A DNA stretch of 64,000 nt from a virus. Where the stretch lies: the IMG/VR virus record IMGVR_UViG_3300027668_002455, positions 1 through 64,000 of that record. The stretch is one strand, 5' to 3'. A model generated the notes under the pieces. That model saw only the letters and a list, made by a program, of their open reading frames with translations, did not search any database and had not been told where the DNA came from. Made by a program: the position numbers and the translations under genes. Every line of letters starts with the position of its first letter. The stretch's first letter is position 1. Shown here piece after piece: positions 49,665 through 58,612 of the stretch.

Positions 49665-50806
49665 TATATTTTCTTAACTGCACAGATTTTCTCTTTTAGT
49701 ATAATCTCTAGGTGCTTTTCATAGCAAGCTAAAAAAGAGTCAATGGCGAATTGAGGCCTTTCGCTTGGGGTTTTATGCGGAGAACATAGGTAGTCATCAA
49801 AAATTAAAACGCCCCCTTTCTTTAGGAGGGGATAAGCATTAACTGCGTCCTCTAAAACTTGGTCACCATAGTGATCACCGTCGATATATATAATATCATA
49901 ACAATTTATCTCTTGATTTTTTCTGAAAAAGTCAGTACTTAAACTTTTAATTTTTTTTATTCTACCACCGTATTCTTTTGCGTTCTCGTCGAACCTGCCT
50001 TCATAGTCTTTATGGAGCTCACCGCCCAATACATACTCAGTGTTAAATGGGTCAACGCACTCTATGGTGGAATTGGGTATCATTTCTAGAAACCAACATG
50101 CTGAATAACCCTCAAAGCTTCCTATCTCTAGGATACGAGGGGAATCTGAAATTCTTAAAAGAAGTGGTTTTATTGTATAAAATAAATGTTTTTTAAACCA
50201 TACCTGTGTGAAGTTTTTCTTGGCATTTATTAGATCATTTTCTAGAGGGTGACTCTCCTGCCATGTCTTTTTTCGATATTCAAAAGTAGCTTCTTGGTCA
50301 TCAAGATATTGAATGAGATTTTTCTTGTCGATGGAATACCCTTTCTTTAGAAATTTTCGTAGACGTTTAACATTAGTGATAATCCATCTATCTGATTGTT
50401 GGGTCCTCACCAGTTTTTTTTCTTTTATGTGATCGAAAAAATCCACATGATGAAGGAACTCAAGATTGGTGTCAAGGGCGGCTGCGCATACAGTATAGTC
50501 AAAAAACTCCAACGTAGATTGCGGATTGTTTTCGATAACCATTAGACCATAAAGCTCATCATCGTTTCTGCCGAGGCTGCAGTTGTTGGGGTGCTTTCTT
50601 AGTATCCTAAATCCTTTGCTAATAAGAAAATTCTGAGCCTTTAATTGATCATCGGTTGTTTTAAAGAAGAGGTCTATATCATTGCGTTTTTCGTCAAGAA
50701 AGAAGTCTCTTATCGCTCCACCAGCTATCCAACAATATATATCTAAATCGCGAAACTGGCTAAGATACTCATCAAAGTAGGTTTTTAATTCTTCAACACT
50801 CTTCAT
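49664..50806 (-). CDS. Fusion: nucleotidyltransferase head domain plus class I SAM methyltransferase
   Basis: IAGGAIRD...DIDLFF and FD.T in the N-half; LEIGSFEG.S, IYIDGDH and GG..IFDDY in the C-half. Confidence 0.8.
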   Translation of the reverse strand: MKSVEELKTYFDEYLSQFRDLDIYCWIAGGAIRDFFLDEKRNDIDLFFKTTDDQLKAQNFLISKGFRILRKHPNNCSLGRNDDELYGLMVIENNPQSTLEFFDYTVCAAALDTNLEFLHHVDFFDHIKEKKLVRTQQSDRWIITNVKRLRKFLKKGYSIDKKNLIQYLDDQEATFEYRKKTWQESHPLENDLINAKKNFTQVWFKKHLFYTIKPLLLRISDSPRILEIGSFEGYSACWFLEMIPNSTIECVDPFNTEYVLGGELHKDYEGRFDENAKEYGGRIKKIKSLSTDFFRKNQEINCYDIIYIDGDHYGDQVLEDAVNAYPLLKKGGVLIFDDYLCSPHKTPSERPQFAIDSFLACYEKHLEIILKEKICAVKKI

Positions 50807-51414
50807 AATATTTTATTCATGAAAGAGCGCATCTGCCAGTGCGGTCTTACTTCTTTATCATCTTGAACTTGAATTGCCATCATGGGATTAATTAGATACA
50901 TTTTAAAATCATTTAGAAAATAAAAAACATCTATCTGTCCCTTTGAGTGTCCCCTGAAGGTCGAGTCATCACCTTTAAAGGCTAGTATTTTGTCAAATGC
51001 GTTCCCATTAATAGCGTAAGCGTGGGTGAACCATAGTTTTACAGAGCATAAATTTTCTTCTATATCTTCGAGTTTTTCTTCTATTTTTCCCCCTAGATAA
51101 AAAAGCTCCCAATCATGTTTTTTAAGGTTTTCTAATGAATCTAATAAGTGCTTCATGTCCCTGCTAAGCATACAAAAGTCATCTTCAAATATAAATATAT
51201 TTTTTACTCCTTCGCCTTTTGCTTTTCTAACGCACAATTGGTGAGATAGGAAGCAGCCAGTAATGTTCTTGCCATTTTTGACTCCCTGAATGCGTTCCGT
51301 CCTGTCGTAAATACCTAGTAGCTTTAATTGCTTAACAGCCATTTTCCAGCGGAAGCTGTTCTCATCCATGCTTATGCAGTAGATTCTATCAAAAAAATCA
51401 AATGGATTGTTCAT
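50803..51414 (-). CDS. Glycosyltransferase family 25-like
   Basis: IYCIS, GC.LSH, IFEDD, LFYLG and THAY motifs. Confidence 0.8.
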   Translation of the reverse strand: MNNPFDFFDRIYCISMDENSFRWKMAVKQLKLLGIYDRTERIQGVKNGKNITGCFLSHQLCVRKAKGEGVKNIFIFEDDFCMLSRDMKHLLDSLENLKKHDWELFYLGGKIEEKLEDIEENLCSVKLWFTHAYAINGNAFDKILAFKGDDSTFRGHSKGQIDVFYFLNDFKMYLINPMMAIQVQDDKEVRPHWQMRSFMNKIL

Positions 51415-52145
51415 ACCTTGTAGTCTATTTTTATGAAATCTTTATGTATAAAATAAGCTTCATGAAGAGTTCTATTATATGGATTATCAACCCTAATATA
51501 TCCATTGTCTTTTATTAGATTTGTAAGTATCCTGTAGGTGTTTCCGCCCATCTCAATAGACATGGCTTTAAATTTGTAGCGATCAAAGGGAAATGCTTTT
51601 AAAATCTCAAGCTCTGATCTTTCGACATCTAGAGCAAAGTAGTCGATTACAGTAGGGGCTTTGCACTCATCTAGGACCTTGGCAAGAGTGGTTGTTTTTA
51701 TGGGGAAAGACTCGTGTGCATCGGTCTCTTGGTTAGCGTATCTTCGGAGCTTACCAAAGTTTTTCTTTATACCACTGCACCCTTTATATTTTTCGTATTC
51801 AACGAATTCTGTTTCCCCTTCAACTGAGTCGAGGCACACGTTGATGCACATGTCTCGTGGGCGATTTTCTACACACTGTTCATAAAGTGCGGGGATGGGT
51901 TCAATTAGAACCCCACTCCATTCGTAATCTCTCTCTAGTAAGTAGGTACAACCATATGCTCCGTTGTTCGCCCCACATTCTACATAAAATCCACCCGTCG
52001 CACCCTTGAACACCTCTTCTATGATCCAGATATCATTGTGAGTTGGAACATTTTTAGAAAACTCAGAAACTCCGTCAATCCACAGTGGTGGCTTAAGGTT
52101 CTCTGGTGGGATATCCCAATCCCTTCTTTTGCTCATATAATTCAC
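51411..52145 (-). CDS. FkbM family methyltransferase
   Basis: FYVE.GA.NG, W.GVLIEP and IDY..LDVE..E..IL motifs. Confidence 0.85.
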   Translation of the reverse strand: MNYMSKRRDWDIPPENLKPPLWIDGVSEFSKNVPTHNDIWIIEEVFKGATGGFYVECGANNGAYGCTYLLERDYEWSGVLIEPIPALYEQCVENRPRDMCINVCLDSVEGETEFVEYEKYKGCSGIKKNFGKLRRYANQETDAHESFPIKTTTLAKVLDECKAPTVIDYFALDVERSELEILKAFPFDRYKFKAMSIEMGGNTYRILTNLIKDNGYIRVDNPYNRTLHEAYFIHKDFIKIDYKV

Positions 52146-53218
52146 AGAGATTTATATATTTCACTACTTGTAAATGCCTCTCTAAAGAACTCTCCGGACA
52201 GCTTCTCTCTCATCGGACACTCCTTAAGATACCGGTGTGTCTTAAGGATTAAATCCATATCAAAAGATTTCTGGACAGCCTCCTCTGGGTGAGTGAAGTA
52301 GAAGGGGTACTCTTTGCCTAAATATTCAATAACAGGGGGGATGGGTGGTGCTAGTATGGGTGTTGCTCTGGCGATAGCCTCAATGACAGAGTTGCTGGCA
52401 CTGCAAGTGTAAACATCCATAAATACAATGTTTTCCGAAAACATATCATCATACTCTTCATCGGTGAGTTGATAGAGCTCTTCAACATGAGACGTAGACT
52501 CGTGCGAAAAATAATCAAAGGCTAGTCTCGCTTGTTGGTCGTACTTTAGTTCATGTTTTCTTAAGTTCTCCACAAAGCGATGGGGAGGGCTGTTCTCCTC
52601 GTAAGGAAGCACTTTGGTCTTTGTATAAATTTGATTATCAATAGGAAGTGAGTAGATGGAATTTACTTTTCTAAGCCAGTACCCCACATTGAGAAGTCTT
52701 TTTCTGGGATTTCGCAAAAAGTTATCAAAATCAAATTGCTTTTCTGGAATCTCACTTGGGTGGTAAAGCGTCTCTATTGGGACGTCTAGGTTGGCTCGAC
52801 AAAATTCAGCGTGATGTTCTGAGAGGGTGAAGATACCTTTGCACTCTTTAATGCTTTCCTTGAACTCGGGGCTGTTGATCATTACCTCAGGCATACCCTT
52901 GACCCCGAACCACCAAGGATAACTTTGTGGGTTATGAAAGAATCCAATCCAAGGATTTGTGAAGGGGATTATTTTCTTTTCTATGCACTCCTGATTTCTC
53001 CATGAGAACTCATTCTCTAGAAACCCGTAGAATTCAATGCCTTCAGAATTATGGAGCGGGGCAAGTGACATCATGGCATAATTCCAGCCACTCCTGTGGG
53101 TTGTAAAGGTCGGTTGCTCTGTTAGCTTTATTTTGCCATTAGGGTTTTCTTCTAGGACAGTGGTTGACTCTTGGCCCCACTCATTAACCGTCCTTCTTTT
53201 GGTTTTAATGTTTTCCAT
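52142..53218 (-). CDS. GT-B glycosyltransferase-like protein
   Basis: HRSGW, W.GF.HNP, G.WLR and A.N.VIE.IAR.TP....EYLG..YP motifs. Confidence 0.6.
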   Translation of the reverse strand: MENIKTKRRTVNEWGQESTTVLEENPNGKIKLTEQPTFTTHRSGWNYAMMSLAPLHNSEGIEFYGFLENEFSWRNQECIEKKIIPFTNPWIGFFHNPQSYPWWFGVKGMPEVMINSPEFKESIKECKGIFTLSEHHAEFCRANLDVPIETLYHPSEIPEKQFDFDNFLRNPRKRLLNVGYWLRKVNSIYSLPIDNQIYTKTKVLPYEENSPPHRFVENLRKHELKYDQQARLAFDYFSHESTSHVEELYQLTDEEYDDMFSENIVFMDVYTCSASNSVIEAIARATPILAPPIPPVIEYLGKEYPFYFTHPEEAVQKSFDMDLILKTHRYLKECPMREKLSGEFFREAFTSSEIYKSL

Positions 53219-54044
53219 ATTCTAATGACCTTACATCATACAAATCAACAGTGACGTGCTCTTGTGAACCCTTCTCCTGTACTGTGAGAGTGTCCTCATT
53301 AATAACATCTACCACTACGGCTTCAAAGGTCGGCCTCTGGGTTTGTGTGACTAGGACTCTTTGTCCTATCATCTTTTTATTATATTTTATTTTCTCTTTA
53401 GAATTCATTAAGTACCTCTCCGTTAAATGAAACTATAACTTTCTCTACTTCGCTAACCTGTTTTATCTTTAGCTGCTCATCCTCGTCAAAAGAGGTTGCT
53501 ATTAAACAGTACCCCCTCACTGCTTGATCTTTCCGTTGAGCTCTGTTGCACGGGCAACCGGAAGGAAGCCCGTGGACAAGGGAGACAAAGGCTCGCCTTA
53601 CATGGTCAGGCTCTTTACCGAGACTGTTAATAACAGATATCATCTCTGCCAGATTGGAAACATAAAGAGTATTATCTTCTTTCATGTCTTTGAGATTCTG
53701 TTAAGAGTAAAATAGGACATGAGACTCAATAAGTAAAGGGGACAAATATAAATCAGACCTATTACTAGGGATATAAACAGGCAGTACCATGCGGCTAGGC
53801 ATAGCGGGCAGGTTACTAATTTTATTATGAAATTGCTTTTCGTGCAAGCCAGAAAAGAAATATAAGTAGCATCTATATCAACATTCAGGACATAATCCTC
53901 ATATTCCTTAATAAGGAGAACACCGTCTAGCTTCAGGAGCTTTCCGTATTCTACCACCACATTAGTGTTAAACCACACAATTAACACTGAGGTAATAAAG
54001 GAACTAAAAAGCAACAATATCTCTATATCTAATAACTTAAACAA
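53205..54044 (-). other. Three small hypothetical CDS (53682-54044 membrane with CPLC; 53398-53685; 53205-53408)
   Basis: ORF track; overlapping starts and stops. Confidence 0.6.
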
Positions 54045-54119
54045 CTTATCAATTATATAAGGTTAACAACTAATTTAACAAAATTTTGTTTTAAGTGTCA
54101 TAACTTTTCTCGGAACATG

Positions 54120-54446
54120 AAAGACACAGTACCCCCCCAATAAAGGAGGATACTGTATTCAAGTGTGTGTCTTTAAACTTTTCTTCGGCCCCTTTAAATT
54201 TTTAATGCAGAGAGGATTTGAAACTCTGCGACACGAATACTGACGATTAAAAATCGTAACGGTCTACCATTTAGATGATGGCGGGAGGGAATGTGCGTAA
54301 AAACTCCACTTACAACCGTCTACCACAACACGCTGGGCATTGCCATAGTAGTTAACTATGATTCCTTGTTCCTGTGTATTTGCAAACAGGAGGCTATCCC
54401 TTGATTTGGAAGTAAGCCAACTCCCACCCTACTGTATTCAGTCATC
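54120..54446 (-). ncRNA. Candidate structured ncRNA
   Basis: ~450 bp gap without a listed ORF; many stems; shares two motifs with the RNA at 4617-4890. Confidence 0.5.
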
Positions 54447-54754
54447 TTAGGAAAACTCCACTGATTTCTCTCAGCGAGATTAAAAAGGATTCTACCTTTT
54501 TTCTACTTAAGTATTATCTCTTAACCATTTTGCTGTCAACTCTTCTTTTACTGTAATTGTATCTCCCCCAAGCATCACTAGGTTAGTCCCAGTGCCCGTC
54601 ATCACGTGGTGGTAGAGAACGTTTTCACAATTTACCACGACTAAGTTGTCACTTATATCGGTAAGCTCCAGCATCAAGATGGGCTGGCTTGTTGAATATA
54701 CATCAGACATAATATTTATATATTAATTTTTTCTTTGGGTTTGTCAAAAATTTA

Positions 54755-55249
54755 TTAAACGCCGGTACTACCAAACCCACCGGTTCCCCTCACTGACTCG
54801 GCAAGATCAGGCACCTCCCCCCATTCGGCGTCATGGTATTTTTCGATTATTAACTGAGCAACCCTAGACCCGTGCGAGAATTCAATGGTACTACGAGAAC
54901 CAAAGTGGGATTCATAAGAATTAACTGTGTTTCTTTTGTGCTCGGGAACAAATAATTCTTCTGGTAAATTTAAATTGATTAAAACTACGCTGATTTCCCC
55001 CCGATAACCCGAGTCTATCACCCCACCAAGGACGTCTAAACCAAACCTTACTGCGAGCCCACTGCGGGGGGCTATTCTTCCATAGTACCCGTGAGGTATC
55101 TCGACAGCGATACCTGTCGGAACCTGAACCCTCGCCATGGGGGGAATAACTATACGTGATAAACACGACAAATCATAACCAGCATCCCCGTAGCCGCCCC
55201 GAACTGGGGCTCGGGCGTCGGGGTTAAGTTTTTGAAAATTAATTTTCAT
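54755..55249 (-). CDS. dut: dUTPase (trimeric)
   Basis: AGYDL, PRSGLA, GVIDSGYRGEI, RVAQL and RGTGGFGSTG motifs. Confidence 0.95.
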   Translation of the reverse strand: MKINFQKLNPDARAPVRGGYGDAGYDLSCLSRIVIPPMARVQVPTGIAVEIPHGYYGRIAPRSGLAVRFGLDVLGGVIDSGYRGEISVVLINLNLPEELFVPEHKRNTVNSYESHFGSRSTIEFSHGSRVAQLIIEKYHDAEWGEVPDLAESVRGTGGFGSTGV

Positions 55250-56120
55250 CCGTAACGGCCCTCCCCTTATCATTTTCCCAATCTTTTTCGGGCCTATCAA
55301 TAATTTCATTTCTATAAACAGCACCACGGATAATATGGCTTTCCTTGCCGCCTGTTTTCTCTATAAGCTTTAACAGGGAATTAATATCCTTAGGAAAACA
55401 CGTACCCCCATAGCCCTTTTTACCGTCTGGTCCCGGAACTTGTGTGTGACTTGGGCCGATCCTATCGTCCATCCCCATTAACTGCGCCACCGCGTTGTAA
55501 TTGATGTGCATAGATTGGCACCAATCATAAATTTCATTACAAAAAGAAACCTTTGTTGCCAAAAAAGAATTTCTGACAAGCTTCGCGGCTTCTGCCTCGC
55601 GCGTAGATGCCCATACTAAATTTGCTCCTTGTATTTTTTTATTTCTCTTTGCCGTAACAAAGATTTTACGTAGTATGACTTTGAGAAGTTCGACATCCTC
55701 ACCCGGTTTGGGACTGTCTAATCCGATAATCCAATCTTTATTATTCCTAAAATCATCCTCCCAAAGACTTTCAGTTAAAAACTCTGGCATGAAAGCTACC
55801 CCGAGTCGCTCGCAAGTTCCGACTGGAACAGTGGAGCGAACAACTATGCCCGTAACCCCGATATCTTTGAGGTCCCCGACGACGCTTTCTACGATTCGAG
55901 TGTCACAGGCACCATCTTTCAGTGCTGGTGTCGGGACGCAAACAAAAACCACATCACACATCACGAGGTCTTTCATTTGTAAATCAGATGGAACGCGCTT
56001 GTTCTCATCAATATCATAAACTAAAATGAGATTGTCGTCTAAATCAGCCGCATCATCGCGACAACCCAAAAGCTTCGTGGCTTTTCCTACATATCCATGT
56101 CCTACAATTCCGATGTTCAT
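55239..56120 (-). CDS. UDP-glucose/GDP-mannose dehydrogenase family protein
   Basis: GHGYVG, CVPTP, STVP.G, PEFL, K...NSFLATKVSF.NE and GG.CFPKD motifs. Confidence 0.9.
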   Translation of the reverse strand: MNIGIVGHGYVGKATKLLGCRDDAADLDDNLILVYDIDENKRVPSDLQMKDLVMCDVVFVCVPTPALKDGACDTRIVESVVGDLKDIGVTGIVVRSTVPVGTCERLGVAFMPEFLTESLWEDDFRNNKDWIIGLDSPKPGEDVELLKVILRKIFVTAKRNKKIQGANLVWASTREAEAAKLVRNSFLATKVSFCNEIYDWCQSMHINYNAVAQLMGMDDRIGPSHTQVPGPDGKKGYGGTCFPKDINSLLKLIEKTGGKESHIIRGAVYRNEIIDRPEKDWENDKGRAVTDEN

Positions 56121-56536
56121 AATATTTTTAATATACTCTTTAAGTTTATACCTAAATCTTTGCAAATTTCCAAAGAAGAATAATCATTTTGATAAACTTC
56201 CTCAAAAACTATGTTTTGAATACCATAGGCAGCTATAGAGCGCAAGCACTCATTGCAAGGGAGATGGGTAGAGGCTAGTAAATAACCTTCGTTTGGGCGA
56301 ACATACCTCAATGCATTTATCTCTGCATGAATTACCCGTTTTCGCCTTTCATCCCTGTCAGTCCAGTCAATTTCTATACCCTGTGGTGCACCATTGTATC
56401 CTAATCCCACCACGCTCTTGTCTCGCCGCAAGACACAAGCCCCAACCCTAAGGTATGGATCTTCACTTCTCCGAGCGGCCACCTTTGCTAAGTCTAGGGC
56501 ATAAGCTTCCCAAGATAATCTTTTCTTTTTTTTCAT
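56117..56536 (-). CDS. dCMP deaminase
   Basis: RS.DP...VGA, GYNG, HAE.NAL and PC..C motifs. Confidence 0.9.
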   Translation of the reverse strand: MKKKKRLSWEAYALDLAKVAARRSEDPYLRVGACVLRRDKSVVGLGYNGAPQGIEIDWTDRDERRKRVIHAEINALRYVRPNEGYLLASTHLPCNECLRSIAAYGIQNIVFEEVYQNDYSSLEICKDLGINLKSILKIL

Positions 56537-56540
56537 TTTA

Positions 56541-56576
56541 TAAAAAAAAAGGCGACGGCCCTAAAGCTGTCGCCTT
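56541..56576 (-). terminator. Intrinsic terminator
   Basis: AAGGCGACGGC...GCTGTCGCCTT hairpin with an adjacent A run. Confidence 0.75.
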
Positions 56577-56597
56577 AATTAAGTGGGCTAATAGATA

Positions 56598-56879
56598 TTA
56601 TTTTTTGTCAAAGTCGGGGTCAGGAGACCCAGCGGCAGTGAGATTAGCAGTGGGGCAATAAACAATAGTGGGGCGACCCATTACCTTGCGCCTAACGCCG
56701 ACACGTCGAAGCTGGCCCCTTTCAACCGCTTTATTTACCTTCAGCTGTACGGATACAGCAGAAAGCTTACCGTCAAGAGTTTGATAAACATCATTTACGG
56801 TAAAATTGCTAGCTGGCCATGCTACATCATAGGACGGGCGGCCACGTTTAGGTTTGTTAGTTACTGTTGGATTTTCCAT
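56598..56879 (-). CDS. Putative winged-helix DNA-binding protein
   Basis: KRGRP, FTV.D, G.L..V and GRP..VY motifs. Confidence 0.6.
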   Translation of the reverse strand: MENPTVTNKPKRGRPSYDVAWPASNFTVNDVYQTLDGKLSAVSVQLKVNKAVERGQLRRVGVRRKVMGRPTIVYCPTANLTAAGSPDPDFDKK

Positions 56880-56887
56880 AGTAAAGA

Positions 56888-56953
56888 AGTATAGGTTATT
56901 TGTTTTTATAAGTCAATCTTTTTTTTGCTTTTTCCATATAAAAGGTTCATATT
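56888..56953. promoter_or_regulatory. Back-to-back divergent promoters at the strand switch
   Basis: Minus: TTGACT-17-TATACT (56916-56888). Plus: TTGCTT-17-CATATT (56925-56953). Confidence 0.7.
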
Positions 56954-56958
56954 AAAAT

Positions 56959-57378
56959 ATGACTATTTTAGATGCCTCTAGTAAACTTTTTGATTGGTTT
57001 TCACTAAGTGATAAATTTAACTTTGAAGAAGATATCCACAAGATTATACCTAAAGCAAAGAAGGAAGAAAAAGCCGCCCTCAAGTGTGCTCTTACAGAAT
57101 TTGAAGGCTTGGACATTGTAAAACGTACCGAAATTAACTCAGAAGAATACTGGGTTTTAAAGAAGGGCTTTCAGACCTTTGAGCAGGATGTTACTCTTTC
57201 TCCAAAAACGTCCATGTTGATATGCCAGTTAACCAATGCATTCTGTAAGGTTTTGGGGGTGGAAGATGAAGAGTGTGACCCCAAAGACATCAAAGAGATA
57301 GATATTAATAATTTAATTTTAATATGCTACCACTTCATTAACGAGACCGACGACACAACAGACCCATCCCAGAATTAA
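56959..57378 (+). CDS. Hypothetical protein
   Basis: 139 aa ORF, first gene of the plus-strand operon. Confidence 0.75.
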   Translation: MTILDASSKLFDWFSLSDKFNFEEDIHKIIPKAKKEEKAALKCALTEFEGLDIVKRTEINSEEYWVLKKGFQTFEQDVTLSPKTSMLICQLTNAFCKVLGVEDEECDPKDIKEIDINNLILICYHFINETDDTTDPSQN

Positions 57379-57380
57379 CA

Positions 57381-58040
57381 ATGAAAAGCCCTCTCTATAT
57401 TGGTTTAGGTGGCGTCGCGGGTAGTGGCAAGGATACTTTTTATTCTTATCTTAAAAAAGAATTAAATAAAAAAGAAATAAAAATTAAAAGATACTCTTTT
57501 GGTGATGAGTTAAAAAAAGAGGTAAATGAATGGACGACGACCCACTACGGCATAAGCTCACTCAAATGTACTCGGGAAGAAAAAGAGGTAATACGCCCCC
57601 TTTTAGTCACACACGGGAGTGTTAAGAGAAATAAAACCGAAGGACAATACTGGATTGAAAAAGTCAGCCAAGCAATTGACAGGGATGAAGAAAACCCTGA
57701 TGTTATTTGCATTACCGATGTACGTTATAATCATTATGATAATGACGAGGCTAGTTGGCTTAAAAATCTGGGAGGTATCTTAGTTTATGTTGGACGCATG
57801 GTAAAAAACCCAGAATCTTCTGGATGCCCATCCGTTGATGGGGTGATGTCCGAACTTAAACCAAAAAACACAGAAGAAATGACACATAACCCCAAGGTAA
57901 GAGGGGCAGCGGACTACACGTCTCTGATCAGAGACGTTAAAAAATCCCAAATTCCTGAGGTTTTTCAGGGAGAAATAAAAAAGTTAATGAAATGGATTAA
58001 AGAAGAAAGGGGTCCAGAATGGACGAGTCTACTGACCTAG
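57381..58040 (+). CDS. Deoxynucleoside monophosphate kinase
   Basis: IGL.G.AGSGKDT, F.D.LK, R.LL...G...R, W and ITDVRY...NE motifs. Confidence 0.85.
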   Translation: MKSPLYIGLGGVAGSGKDTFYSYLKKELNKKEIKIKRYSFGDELKKEVNEWTTTHYGISSLKCTREEKEVIRPLLVTHGSVKRNKTEGQYWIEKVSQAIDRDEENPDVICITDVRYNHYDNDEASWLKNLGGILVYVGRMVKNPESSGCPSVDGVMSELKPKNTEEMTHNPKVRGAADYTSLIRDVKKSQIPEVFQGEIKKLMKWIKEERGPEWTSLLT

Positions 58041-58612
58041 AATTAGCAAATAATGTAAAATCTAGATGTTGTGATAGAAGCTTAAAGGAGCTTATTCAAC
58101 GACACTCTGCTCTGTGTATTGATATTTATAAAAAATACACCCCAGCCCTATGCGCTTCAGGGGTTCCATACAGAGATATCTATGATGATAAAGACTACTT
58201 AGTTTACAAGTCAGCACTGACCTATAACCCCAACAAAAAAGCTAAATTTTCTACGTGGCTTGGTAATCAAGTCCGGTACCACTGCTTAAACACTATCAAT
58301 AAAAAAAATAAACTCGTGAGAATTGAAAGCAATGAAGAGCTTGATTATTTTGCAATGCAAGCTGAGATCTTAGAGGAAAAAAACTTTGACATAGAGATTG
58401 AATATGTTTTCTTAATCCTATCTAAACTAAAAGATCCTAGAATAAAGAAGGTATTTACGCTAAGATACTTTGGGTCTGACAAAAAGAGAATGCCGTGGGC
58501 ACAGATAGGGAAGGACATGGGGGTAAGTACCCAAACCGCCATAAACCTACACCGACGAGGCATTAAGATACTTAATAAGAAAATGAAATCAAATGACCCC
58601 GATATTATATGA
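58019..58612 (+). CDS. Short sigma-70 family factor (regions 2 and 4)
   Basis: Y.P....KFSTWL in region 2; C-terminal HTH IG..MGVS. Confidence 0.75.
   Translation: MDESTDLELANNVKSRCCDRSLKELIQRHSALCIDIYKKYTPALCASGVPYRDIYDDKDYLVYKSALTYNPNKKAKFSTWLGNQVRYHCLNTINKKNKLVRIESNEELDYFAMQAEILEEKNFDIEIEYVFLILSKLKDPRIKKVFTLRYFGSDKKRMPWAQIGKDMGVSTQTAINLHRRGIKILNKKMKSNDPDII

Noticed and set aside
54200-54285. tRNA-Lys(UUU)-like cloverleaf on the minus strand
   Set aside because: The acceptor stem does not pair and the T and anticodon stems have mismatches; treated as part of the larger candidate ncRNA.
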